Shown piece by piece: positions 24,426 through 36,739 of a stretch of 64,000 nt of DNA (its first letter is position 1; every line of letters starts with the position of its first letter). Under the pieces are notes generated by a model. It was not told the origin of the DNA, ran no database searches, and saw only the letters and a program-made list of their open reading frames with translations. This DNA is from Octopus sinensis (taxonomy: Eukaryota). Location: NCBI RefSeq assembly GCF_006345805.1, contig NC_042999.1:64666001-64730000 (forward strand), written 5' to 3'. The position numbers and the translations under genes were made by a program.

Positions 24426-26096
24426 CTTATATGTATATACATATGTGTAAAAGTATATACGTATGTACTAAGAGACATACTAACACACACACAAACACAC
24501 ATATAAATACACACACACACACACATATATATTCAAAAAGGCATAGATGTACATACATGCATACATACATACGTACGCACGTACGCTCATAAGCACACAA
24601 GTATCGAGAACGGTGACTGAGGGAAAATCGTTGCGATGAACAAAAGGACGTTGTTTTATTTAATTTGTGTTACTTCCGCCTTCCACCATAGATAACTTCA
24701 CTCTTGTCCCCCTTACGACATCGACAATACAGGTACCAGGTAACTGCTTGTTGCGTTGGTATAACACTAGGAAACCATTGATGGTGCTGCCTCTGCTTGG
24801 CTGTAATCCAGTATAAAGGCTAAAAGCAGTTAGGTAATAAATAGTTTAGTGTTTGCTCGGTGAAAATCGAGTCGCTGGCCACTCAACTCGAAGTCCGCCA
24901 TCATATCATCGATTCGATTCGGAGCTGCTGAGAATTCCGTCTGATCGATAAACGCTGTAAGAGACACACTCTGGTATTTAGTGATATTGAGGCAAACACA
25001 ATCTGTGTAATCTATTTAAACCAGTTTTCTTCGATTGCTGACTGTTTCAACAGACGTTAGCGCCTCATATTTCTGGTTGGTTAAACTATTTGCTTGGACC
25101 ACTCAAACACTATGTTCAAACCAAAATTGATTTTATTACTTGGCCGCCATGTTGTCATAGAAACCTCCATCAAACGACGGAATACAGAATCAATTTAAAC
25201 AAAAAAATAAAATCATTATGTGGTGTTTTTGTTATTGTTTAGCCTTAATTCAAGCCTGATCGAACAGACGTAAGATCAAAGGGTTTCTAACTGTGAATAT
25301 AACCTATTTATTTTTCAAGGGCATTTCACCTGCGATTATACTACTCGACATATTCCTTTGTAAGACAGTAGAGCGAACGTTGAGGAAAACTGTGATTATT
25401 TCTAGCAGGCCGAGCAACCATGTAAAGGCTTTTCGGCCTTGTTATTTAACCCCCGGTCTGCTGTAATCTGGAAGATCTATTACCAACAGTGCTCCCATCA
25501 CAACTGTTTTATCTTCATTTTTTCAGGGTCACTTTATCCTGGCTTATATTATGAAATACACTATTTAATAACAATTGTTGGGTGTATTTTGAAGGAACAT
25601 GGTTGCATATTCATAATGTTCAGTGACTTTAGGGAAACTTCAGCTTTTGTTAAGACTCAGGTAATTCCTAATGAGGAAGACTTAAATCTTTCCAAACGTG
25701 TCCCTTCCACATTTACTCTTTATGCACACATAAAGAGTCCATCACATACACATATACACACACACACATGATTGTGTGCTTGTGCGTGCGCATGTGTGTA
25801 TGTGAGATACTGTTTGCGAGTTCAAATTTAGGAATAAAGTAATAGTCAAATATTTCATTCGATTGAATCAATTAGTCCCCCACAAAAAACAAAAACAAAA
25901 CAAAAAAAAAACTGCTGTCCTTGATCCTAAATTAGTGACCGTTATTTGCTGTTTTCATCCTTACAGTACAAACGTACGAATCGATCCAAGAACGAATTTT
26001 GAAAATGCATCAACACATCAGCTTTCGCAAAATTTTAGCAGAAGAATAACAGTTTCTAATTTAGGCACAAGGACTGCATATTCTTTTGGGACTTAA

Positions 26097-26330
26097 AGGG
26101 CGGCGAAGCTGGTAGAAACGTTAGCACGCCGGGCGAAATGCGTAGCCGTATTTCGTCTGTCGTTACGTTCTGAGTTCAGATTCCGCCGAGGTCGACTTTG
26201 CCTTTCATCCTTTCGGGGTCGATAAATTAAGTAGCAGTTACGCACTGGGGTTGATATAATCGACTTAATCCGTTTGTCTGTCCTTGTTTGCCCACTCTGT
26301 GTTTAGCCCCTTGTGGGTAGTAAAGAAATA
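26097..26330 (+). mobile_element. SINE family B, full length with target-site duplication
   Basis: gggcggcgaagctggtagaaacgttagcacg...aaagaaata. TSD tcttttgggactta at 26082-26095 and 26334-26347. Confidence 0.9.
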
Positions 26331-26489
26331 TACTCTTTTGGGACTTACGTTAGTAGATTGACAGAATCTGGAGAGCTTCGGAAAAAATGCCCTGCGATTT
26401 TCGTTCTCACACTTTGTATTCTAGTTTCAAATCTTGCCAAGGTTAACTCCACACTTCATTATTTTTTGTGGGGGGGGGTGTCGATGACA

Positions 26490-26605
26490 GAATAGTTCAC
26501 ATTGGACTGTGTAATCCTACGCACATCTAAATCGATGTGATAGTCACAGCTGGAAAACCTTTGATCATAAGTCTGCTCAATGAAGACCGAACTGGAGCCA
26601 AACAA
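26490..26605 (+). repeat. Dispersed repeat (probable retroelement 3' tail); second copy at 27215-27335
   Basis: tcgatgtgatagtcac..ggaaaa.ctttgatcataagtctgctcaatgaagaccg..tggagc.aaacaa occurs twice. Decayed reverse copies lie near 16070 and 25230. Confidence 0.7.
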
Positions 26606-26991
26606 GATCAGTGATAACGAATACATTATAGTTTATCATTTAAATTTTCACCTTAAGTTTCAACGCATCAGTGAATTACTGGGTTCAATGATATCAACTA
26701 ACCCCTCTTCTGTGTTTGAATAAAAATTATGTTGAATTAACGAAACACGAATAAATTTGTATCGGGACAAGTTCCATTTATTTCATATGATATCTTTGAT
26801 ATGTTTAATATCATTTATTACACACACAGAGTCTCACAAATCAAACAACACACACACAAACAAACAATGAATACGATCCTTAGAATTAAAAAAAAATCCA
26901 AAATATTAATACTCAAGTTTTAAAAGCAATTACTCCTGTTATAGAAAAGTTGAAGACTTCGCATAGACGAACAAACGACAGAACCTCGACT

Positions 26992-27150
26992 CCAGTTTTT
27001 CTCAACCGGGACCCATAAGGTCCTTGGGGATCCATATAAGATTTTGTTGTTAAAACTTATGTGCAATAAAATGGTAATATTTCTACAAGACACAAAATAT
27101 TTAAAGACATTTTAAATACAACTCCTAATAATAAAACGATAAACATTGCC
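26992..27150 (+). mobile_element. hAT/Charlie-like MITE left-end fragment
   Basis: Starts cagtttttctcaaccggg, resembling CAGTGTTTCTCAACC-type TIRs. No right TIR was found. Confidence 0.4.
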
Positions 27151-27368
27151 TTTTTCAAGCCAAGCCAGGCTCAGAGACCCGGTTTCTTTTGACCGTAACG
27201 TACAGCCTTAAAGAATTATTCACTTTGGATAGTGAAATCCTACACACATATAAGTCGATGTGATAGTCACGGTTGGAAAAGCTTTGATCATAAGTCTGCT
27301 CAATGAAGACCGTATTGGAGCTAAACAACAACAACAATACCAACAACAACACCAAAGATAGCAAATAC

Positions 27369-27568
27369 ATTCTTTTATTTGTTTCAGTCACTTGACTGCG
27401 GCTTGCTGGAGCACCGCCTTTAGTCGACCAAATCGATCTCAGGACTTATTCTTTGTAAGCCTAGTACTTATTCTATCGGTCTCTCTTGCCGAACCGCTTA
27501 GTTACGGGGACGTAAACATACCAGCATCGGCTGCCAAGCAATGTTGGAGGACAAACACAGACATACAA

Positions 27569-27600
<32 letters not shown>

Positions 27601-27771
27601 GTATATATGACGGGCTTCTTTCAGTTTCCGTCTACCAAATTCACCCACAAGGCTTTGGTCGGCCCGAGGCTATAGTAGAAGACACTTGCCCAAGGTGCCA
27701 CGCAGTGGGATTGAACCAGGAACCATATGGTTGGTAAGCAAGCTACTTACGACACAGCCACTCCCGCGCCT
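27369..27771 (-). mobile_element. SINE family A, full length
   Basis: Colinear with the other family A copies. Confidence 0.9.
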
Positions 27772-28545
27772 ATATAGTTTATAGTTTATTTTTTAGATTT
27801 TCATTTTCCGTCTCACCGTGATTCTTTTGACGAAATGTCTTCATTAATTTCATAGATAAGATCCGTTAGATGTTTCAATCCTTAGAATTTAAACTTTCCA
27901 AAATTTCTTAGAAGCGTTTGAAAGGGACAAATAAGATGGCAATTATTTTTGTTATAAGACTCTTTCTAGTTTCATTCATTTATAGAATTCTATTTGGACG
28001 TATTGCTTTTTAAGAAAACATCTACATGAATTTCTTTTGTAATATCCGTCAGTATTAAGTGCTATATAATCACTTTTCTGCAAATATTCAACCGTCAACT
28101 GTCTTATGAGTAATAACATTTTCGTATAAAGGAGCGGTCGATTTGAAACGAGTTGTCACGAGATGCGTCAGAAATAGAAAGACTTATCACAGAATTTGCA
28201 AATAAGCTGAAAGTACACACGCACGCACGCACGCACGCGCGCACACACACACACACACACACTCACACACGCACACACACACTCACACACTCACAGGTGA
28301 ATATATATATATATAATATACATACATGCACACACGCACACAAATATATATATGCTCATATTTATATATATGTATACATGTATATATATTTATATGTATA
28401 TATGTGTATACACATACACATATCTTTCTATATATATATGCATATGTACGTATATATACATATGTATATTAATAAGTGTGTATACGTATATATGCGTATA
28501 CATCTTTATATATGCGCATATATGTATATATAAGTATATATATAC

Positions 28546-28631
<86 letters not shown>

Positions 28632-28699
28632 GGAGAAAAATAAAGTGAAGCCATAAATCAGCAACAAATAAAGTTCAAATATTAAAAATAATAACAAAT

Positions 28700-28744
28700 A
28701 TGATCATAATAATAATAATGATAATAATAATAATAATAATAATC

Positions 28745-28826
<82 letters not shown>

Positions 28827-28845
28827 TATTGATAATAATAATAAT
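28700..28845. repeat. (AAT)n microsatellite
   Basis: Directly visible. Confidence 0.95.
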
Positions 28846-29409
28846 AGTAAGCAAATAAAGGTTTGTAGGAAAGGAAGTTGAACTATGAAATACAACTGAT
28901 TTTCTTTGTTTCTTTTTTATTTTCTTTTTGCAGATTTCTGTCTTGTAAAATATTTTCAACTGACGCTGTTTTTGTTTGTATTTATTCTTTTTGAGTCGCT
29001 TGATTCATTCGATGGATCGTAGGCATGGTAACGATGAAGTAGGAGAGAGTGAAAGAGAGCATCAGCTGATCTGATCTTGTTCAAGATGTCAAAGTTTGGC
29101 TGACTTGATGTGAAGAGACTCTTCCGTTTGAAAACATCCACAGAAATATCAAAATATATATTTAGATATTTGTTTTGATATTGATGTCATAAGCGACTAT
29201 TTATTCCAACGAAAATGTCTCGATAAGTATTCTTCAAGTCCACAATATCTTGGCGGCTGTTGCTGCCGTCGTCTTCGTCGCCATCGTTATCAATATCAGC
29301 GTAATTCTCATTATTGTCATATCAACAAAGTTATCAGAAAGCGTTAAGATCAGTTGTAAATGTGTGGACTTGTGTTGGGATTCGAAATCGCACCATATTT
29401 TGCATTGAC

Positions 29410-29800
29410 ATTGGGGGAGGGGGCCCGTCGATTAGACCGACCCCTGTACGCAACTGGTACTTAATTTATCGAAGGCGGCTAGCTGGCAGAAACGTTAGCA
29501 CAGCAGGTGAAATGCTTTGCGGTATTTCGTCTGCCGCTACGTTCTGAGTTCAAATTCCGCCGAGGTCGACTTTGCCTTTCATCCTTTCGGGGTCGATAAA
29601 TTAAGTAGCAGTTTCGCACTGGGGTCGATGTAGTCGACTTATTCCGTTTGTCTGTCCTTGTTTGTCCCTTCTGTGTTTAGCCCCTTGTGGGTAGTAAAGA
29701 AATAGGTACTTAATTTATCGACCCCCAGAAAGATGAAAGGCAAAGTCGACCTCAGCGGAATTTTAAATCAGAACGTAAAAACAGACGAAATGCCGCTAAG
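29410..29800 (-). mobile_element. SINE family B (minus strand, host copy) split by a plus-strand copy
   Basis: The halves 29410-29472 and 29705-29800 rejoin across the duplicated ggtacttaatttatcga. Confidence 0.8.
29473..29704 (+). mobile_element. SINE family B, full length with a 17-bp TSD
   Basis: TSD ggtacttaatttatcga at 29456-29472 and 29705-29721. Confidence 0.9.
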
Positions 29801-29819
29801 CGTTGGAGAGCATAAATAT

Positions 29820-30495
29820 TAAAGTTGTGATTGAGAAAAAGTTAGCCTGGAAGCCATCTGAATACTAGAATAAAGCTACCTGCACCATGATGTCACGCGC
29901 TGGGTATCACAATATCCACATCATAACTGCAGCCTAAATATCTGTAAACACTATAAAAGCAGTAAAAAGTGTCATGGACAGCTGCAACGGAGACCACTAA
30001 GCTGTGGTCAGTAGGAACACAGCAGGGATCCAGAGTGCGGTGCGCGTCGGAATTAATTCCTGCATCTTTCAATAGGAACTTAGGCTCAACTCAGACGGCT
30101 AAGTGAAGTTGCTAGAGACAGGGGTCAATCCCTAACTAGAAAGGATTGCTGCCAGAAGGCCACATGTATGGCAGCAGATTTCGGCTCCTTGCTATAACTC
30201 CAGAAAGAGTCAGGAGTAGTTGTTGGAGGATTTCTATGAATTTCTGGCCTCCTAATTCTCCCGATTACTATATGGCGGGGTGTACAAATGAAGGGGACAC
30301 CAACCGCTCTTCTTGCAACACCAAGGCCGAGTTGGTGGGTAAAAACCAAGGGGGTGATCGTATATCTTCTCAGGGACAAAGTGAAGGACGCATGTACCAG
30401 GATACGGAGTCGTCATGATTCGGTGGTGGAAGCTCAGGATGGCTACTTTGAGCGAAATGTTATCTCCCAGTTATAATCGATTTGATATTTGATTT
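29820..30495 (+). mobile_element. IS630/Tc1/mariner transposase remnant (maT/DD37D-like), internally deleted
   Basis: WQQISAPC (QQDxAPxH-like), NFWPPNSPDY, and TNRSSCNTKAELV. Multiple frameshifts. Confidence 0.7.
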
Positions 30496-30650
30496 TTTAA
30501 AATATTTTTATCTTTAGAAGGGATATTGTGCTTTCTTTTCTTCTTATGCAAATTATCAAACTTAACCCGAAGGTCCTGTATACATACATACATACATACA
30601 TACATACATACATACATACATACATACATACGTGTATATATATATATATA

Positions 30651-30873
30651 CAGTAATCCCTCGCCATATCACGGTTCATCTATCGCGGTTTATTATTTAA
30701 GCTTACGTCGATTCCTCCGTGGTGTTGTTTTGCATTTATAATAAAATAAATATATACAAATCATAAAAATAATAAAAAATATATACAGTACTGTTTCTAC
30801 TTTGCGGATTTTCACATATTACAGGGTGGGGGAATGTTGGAACGTAACACCCGTGATAGTCGAGGGATTATTG
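30651..30873. mobile_element. Tc1/mariner (Tigger/pogo-like) MITE
   Basis: TIRs cagtaatccctcgccatatcacgg and ccgtgatagtcgagggattattg, with TA on both sides (30649-30650 and 30874-30875). Confidence 0.85.
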
Positions 30874-30915
<42 letters not shown>

Positions 30916-31071
30916 ATATATAATACACTAATATACACACACGCACATACATGCACGCACAGGTTTACATAACTACGTATACCATAATAACCAGGATAAT
31001 TTTTGAGACATCAAAAATTTTGTTGAAAAGCGTATTGTCAGTGACCGAAACATATACAGTAGAAAGAGTAC

Positions 31072-31272
31072 AATAGGCACAAGGCCCGAAATTTTTGGGG
31101 AGGGGCCAGTCGATTACATCTGGTACTTAATTTATCTGGTACTTAATTTATCGACTCGGAAAGGATGAAAGGCAAAGTCGACCTCGGTGGAATTTGAACT
31201 CAGAACGTAAAGACAGACGAAATGCCGCTAAGCATTTCGCCCGGCGTGCTAACGTTTGTGCCAGCTCGCCGC
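31072..31272 (-). mobile_element. SINE family B variant
   Basis: Reverse complement of ggcggcgagctggca..aacgttagcacgccgggcgaaatgcttagcgg...gaggtcgactttgcctttcatcc. Contains a local duplication of tggtacttaatttatc. Confidence 0.85.
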
Positions 31273-31361
31273 CAATAATAAAACATATAGTCGTAAGTTC
31301 ACACCTCACAAACACACATTTTCATACGCAATAATTCATATACAATTTATATATACACATC

Positions 31362-31756
31362 CTCTTTTACCTGTTTTAGTCATTTGACTGCGGCCATGCT
31401 GGAACAACGCCTTTAGTCGAGTAAATCGACCCCAAGACTTATTCTTTTTAAGCTTATTCTATCGGTCTCGTTTGCCGAACCACTAAGTTACGGGAACGTA
31501 AACACAACAGCATCGGTTGTCAAGCGATGTTGGGGTGACAAACACAGACACACAAACATATACACACATACATACATATATTTACATATATACAACGGGC
31601 TTCTTTCAGTTTCCGTCTACCAAAACCACTCACAAGGCTTTGATCGACCCGAGGCTATAGTAGAAGACACTTGCCCAAGGTGCCACGCAGTGGAACTGAA
31701 CCCAGAACCATGTGGTTGGTAGGCAAGCTACTAACTACACAGCCACTCCTGCGCCT
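31362..31756 (-). mobile_element. SINE family A, full length
   Basis: Colinear with the other copies. Confidence 0.9.
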
Positions 31757-33591
31757 ACGCATAAAGTGTATTTATATACACTTTATGTATATCAATCTAA
31801 ATATATTGGTATACAATGTAAGGAGCGTAGAAATTTTTTGATCCTTTATAAAAGACAAACAAGTCTCTGTTAATATGTTGCAGAAAAATGAAAATATGCA
31901 ATTTTATACTCCCTACACATGTTTAGTTATCACAATTAAATAATTAAATAATTAGCAGTGTTGTAAGAAAACTTACTGTAGTGCAGTGGAAGGCTTTGTT
32001 AATGATATGAACCGACGATTAAACCATTTCAGCGATGTAACCTGTAATAGGAAGAGTGAAACATCATTCAAACACACAATATACTTCAGTATTCACGGTG
32101 GTAAGCTCATTAAGATAAATTTTGTATGTAACTTAATACTTACACAAAGAGAATGATTTATTTACGAGCCCAAGAAAGATTAGCCAATTGTACATTAATG
32201 TATAAGAGGGATGAAAACACAATGTGCAAATATCAAGCCTTGTCAGTTTTTTTTTACGAAATATACTTTAAAAAAGAACAAGAAGTAAAAGATTATGTGA
32301 TGCATACAGGATATTGTAAAGGAAGTTTGTTTCTTTTCCTTTTTTGGGATTGTGCAATCGTTGGCGAAAAGAGATTCAAACAATAGCGCAATATTGTGTG
32401 AGTTTGAAAGGTGTCATCATTTCTATGAGCACATCGTGCTATCTATTTCCAACTGAATGAAATAATTTCAAGAACCGTAGCACAACAAAATGGCTGCAAA
32501 CCATGAACTGACAATAAAAGGCTGAAAATAAAAATCTCCTACAAACAATATTTGTTATGTGGTATTTGAGCAACGAACAGTGAATGTAGATAAAAACAAT
32601 AGGGAGAGTAAAAAATAAATGAAAGTATAGACACACATTCACACATTATATATATATATTTGTATATACTGTTTATATATGTATATTATACACACTGGAG
32701 TGAAAACAATCGTGGAGTTATTTTAAGTTGTTGAAAGCGGCGAGAATTGGAAGAACCGTTTGTTCAACAAGCATAGTTTCTCAAAAGATTAGGTGTGCAC
32801 AAACTGTTATATCATCAACAGATATGTTGTTTGTGCTTAAATTTGTACAACGGGAAACAGCAATAGAATAGAAATTCAAAGAAAAGACGGTGTTATAAAG
32901 ATGAATAGAAAATAGAAAAGGGTCTTACACGTACACACACTAACACACACACGCACACACACACACACATGCACACACACATGTATGTATATGTATGTAT
33001 GTATTGGCATTTCTCCATTCATCTTCTTTAATAATGCATAAGCATCCTTCAATAGCTTCGTAAAGCAGGCGATCAAAAATGTTTGACAATGCGCCATTTC
33101 TTTAATATAGCGATGAACATAATTTGTAAGGCAGCGCATCAAACTCAGATCAATAAGGCATTTGACATCCTTCCGCAAAGCCAAAGTTTCGTACCCTGCA
33201 CCAGCTAATATGAACGTTGTTTCAGCTTATATGATATTTAACTGTGTTCGAATTTACCTGTTTGTAAATAGACACTGTTTTTCTTTCATCGGTTTCCCAG
33301 CCAACTACTGCCGTAATGAATCCCCACCTTTAAGGGTTTGGATGATAATATCGACGCCTGCACTTTTACTCTTTTACTCCTTTACTTGTTTCAGTCATTT
33401 GATTGCGGCCATGCTGGAGCACCGCCTTAGTCGACCCCAGGACTTATTCTTTGTAAGCCAAGTACTTATTCTATCGGTCTCTTTTGCCGAAACGCTAAGT
33501 TACGGGGACGTAAACACACCAGCATCGGTTGTCAAGCGATGTTGGGGCGACAAACACAGACACACAAACATACATATATATATATATATAT

Positions 33592-33808
33592 GTTGATTCG
33601 CCATGTTGATTCGTTAGCTACTGCACGCATTTTTTTTCTCTCCTTCTTTCTGTGTTTTTCTCTCTCTGTGTATCTTTCTGTTGAAGAGCATAGGCTCGAA
33701 ACGTTAAAGACTTGTTTTATTTATATTTCCTGAGCGCCATACTAATACAATTGTTCGTTTGTTTTCCACCTGCCTTCGTCTTTTGTTTATTTTCATAAAG
33801 CTTCCCGT
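33592..33808 (+). mobile_element. Penelope-like pLTR 3' fragment inserted in the SINE's (TA)n
   Basis: Homologous to 17220-17424, ends cccgt|tatata, and carries the hammerhead-like motif. Confidence 0.7.
33673..33710 (+). ncRNA. Minimal hammerhead-like motif with non-canonical core CUGUUGA
   Basis: tcttt-CTGTTGA-a-gagc atag gctc-GAAA-cgt-t-aaaga. Stems I and II pair perfectly. Confidence 0.55.
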
Positions 33809-34682
33809 TATATATATATATATACATAAATATGTATATATATATACATACATATATACGACGGGTTTCTTTCAGTTTCCGTCTACCAAATCCACTCACA
33901 AGGCTTTGGTCGGCCCGAGGCTATAGTAGAAGACACTTGCCCAAGGTGCCACGCAGTGGGATTGAACCCAGAACCATGTGGTTGGTAAGCAAGCTACTTA
34001 TCACACAGCCACTCCTGCGCCTATGTACTTTGTTTAGTACTTGTTAGCTTCTCCCTGTAAGATAAAAAATGCAAACTTGACATTGGTGTAAAGAAGGAGA
34101 TTTATTGTCACAAAATATTTCTGTTTGAAAGCAAGGCACCTTAACCCATGATAACACAAACGTTATACGGCCGATACACCGCATGATTTGCGTCCCCTAA
34201 ATTTCCCCGGTGGAAACCCTTTAAAGCGTTAAGATGCCCAAAATACGTGGGTTTGTGTGTCGGCGTAAAGATGTGCCTCTTTGTATACTTTTGAATATCT
34301 GTGTGTAAATGTCCTGAATGTTTGTTCGTGTATATATTTTCTCTAATATTTTATCTTTAGTAAGAAGGGGGAGGCAATACCCATAATTCTTTACAGAAAC
34401 TGGAAAACCAGTAGGGGTGGGGAGAGGAAGATATCCTCAAACTAAAGACCTAACCTGGGTGCTTTTAGTGGAGTGAGGTTCGCTGAAGGCACTGGAGGTG
34501 CCAGGTTGTGGTGGTAGTACAAGATGGTAGATTAAGCCAAGTCAACTATGGGCTTGAACTCAGAACACAAATACCAGAACAAATACCACAAATACAGTTC
34601 TATATTTAAGAGATGAGGAATTATGTACATTATTTATATTATTTACATTCGACGGATATTTATCCTCATCTTGTTCGTTGTT

Positions 34683-34727
34683 AACACAACGTTTCGCTGA
34701 TATACCCTCCAGCCTTCTTCAGGTGTC
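34683..34727 (-). ncRNA. Minimal type I hammerhead motif (1-nt deletion at the base of stem II)
   Basis: Reverse strand reads gacac-CTGAAGA-a-ggctggagggtatatcagc-GAAA-cgt-t-gtgtt. Confidence 0.6.
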
Positions 34728-34775
34728 TTGGGGAAATACCTTAAGAATGTGAACCTAGGTTCGAAATTTCCCCAT

Positions 34776-34821
34776 GACACCTGAAGAAGGCTGGATGGTA
34801 TATCAGCCGAAACGTTGTGTT
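34776..34821 (+). ncRNA. Minimal type I hammerhead ribozyme motif
   Basis: gacac-CTGAAGA-a-ggctg..cagcc-GAAA-cgt-t-gtgtt. Palindromic ACGU stem III; predicted cleavage after 34816. Confidence 0.75.
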
Positions 34822-34904
34822 AACAACGAACACGATGAGGACAAATATCCGTCGAAAATAAATAATATAAATAATGTAAATACGACAAAGTATGTTGGTT
34901 TCAA

Positions 34905-35088
34905 ATTTTGGCACAAGACAAGCAATTTTGGGAGAGGGGATAACTCAATTACATCAACCCTAGTGCCCACTGCTACTTATTTTATTGGCCCCGAAAGAAT
35001 AAAGTATTTGAACTCAGAACATAAAGACAGACGAAACGCCGCTAAGCATTTTGCCCGGCGTGCTAACAATTCTGCCAATTCGCCACCT
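34905..35088 (-). mobile_element. SINE family B variant, internally deleted
   Basis: atttgaactcagaacataaagacagacgaaacgccgctaagcattttgcccggcgtgctaacaattctgcc. Confidence 0.8.
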
Positions 35089-36739
35089 TAATACCGCAAA
35101 GTATATTAAAGTTCTTAAAGATCCTCCGATAGATTGTGTCGGTATGGATATGTTCTAATTGACGCCGAAAAATGATGAAATACAAAATGAATCCTGACAG
35201 GATTTGAACTCAAAGCACAAAGATGCAGAACAAATACCAAGAATATTCCACCCTACGATCTAACGATTCTGCCGATTCTGTTAATGTATGTGTACATGTT
35301 CGCACACGCACGTGTCTTTATTAAGTTCCACTATTTGACATTTTATTAAGTTCCAAGCATTTTATATAATGACGTAAATTTTATATGATGCGTACATTTG
35401 AACTTGTTACTTAAAAGGGAATAACATCAGTAACGGAACTCTTATTACAAATGTAACATGGACCCTGTGAATTTTATTGCTGTTCTGATATTCTGGACAA
35501 AATGTTAATAGTATTAACACTATTACTTCTCAATGATTAATAACTCTATTTGTGACCAACAAATTACTTTGTAGTTTTTCTTTACACTCTAAGTTCAAAT
35601 CCCGCCGATGCCAACTTCCCCTTTATCCTTCTTGATCGATAATAATAAAGTATTAGTCAGGTTCTCTGGTAGATATAATTAACTATGTGCGAGCCCAGCA
35701 AATCTGAAGCCTTAAATCAATAATTAATAACTGTCCCTCATACAGTGTGATGGCATAAATAATCTTTTGTAGTATTTAGTTACATCCCTGGAGGTTTTGA
35801 TTTTAAATCTTGTTGCCCTGGATAATGTTTGTCATCATCTTTGGATCGATAAATTAATGTGCCAGTTACGCACTAGGGTAAATATAATCGATTGCAACCT
35901 CTTACTTCGAAATTTGTAGCATTTTATTACACAAAACTGGTCAACACTATTTTCGTTGGCAAAGTTATTGGAGTAATTCTAAATTTAACCCATAAAGCGC
36001 TGGGATTTGCACTTACATAACATGGACTGTTGAACATATTTTATGAAAATGAGACTACCATGCACACATAAAAAACAAAAAATAGTAAAAAGTATCCTCT
36101 TAGTATATAATAGTGGCAAGCTTTACATCATCTGAAAAGTCATTAGTTGAACTATTAGTCCGCTTGCATTTTGGAGGGGGGTATCAGTGCGTTTTAGTGA
36201 CATAAATTAAATGCATCCAACAAACGCCCATAAATTAAATGCATCTAACCGGACCACGATCGTGTCCTGTCGACCTGTGCCTGACGTGGCCCGTCGCGCT
36301 TTATGTGTTAAATTTGGAGAGCTGAATTTGAACATATCATCAGATTTGTGAAGTTGGCTTTAGTTTTTGACATTCATATTTGAGAATTTGCCACGTTTAG
36401 CCTTCTGAGCTGTCATTATCTTTATGATATTCAGTAGTTGCTGAACTGATTTATTTCCTATTAAATGATGGAATAAAAAGAATATTTTATGAAAAAAAAT
36501 GTTATAAAGCATAAGGACATATATAGGTATATGATTATATGATTAGCATAATGACCCTCCCGAGATAAAACAAAATATTGCCATAAAACGTAAGAAAATG
36601 TATAAATCTGTTCACTAAATATTCATGAAAAGATAAACACAAAATATTCGATGGCATTGTATAAAATAATTGCGTACAAGACAATGTAGTAACACTGGCT
36701 AATTATGTATGCTAAAATATATCAATAAATCCTTCAACA

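Larger units (their letters stand above)
33364..34023 (-). mobile_element. SINE family A interrupted at its internal microsatellite
   Basis: 3' half at 33364-33591 and 5' half at about 33810-34023, with foreign sequence between them. Confidence 0.9.
34605..34878. mobile_element. Head-to-head palindromic pair of a Penelope-like pLTR fragment
   Basis: Arms 34626-34737 and 34766-34878 are reverse complements with a few mismatches, each with a hammerhead motif. Confidence 0.7.

Noticed and set aside
32876-33350. 102-aa minus-strand ORF in non-microsatellite sequence
   Set aside because: No recognisable domain, start context or splice sites.
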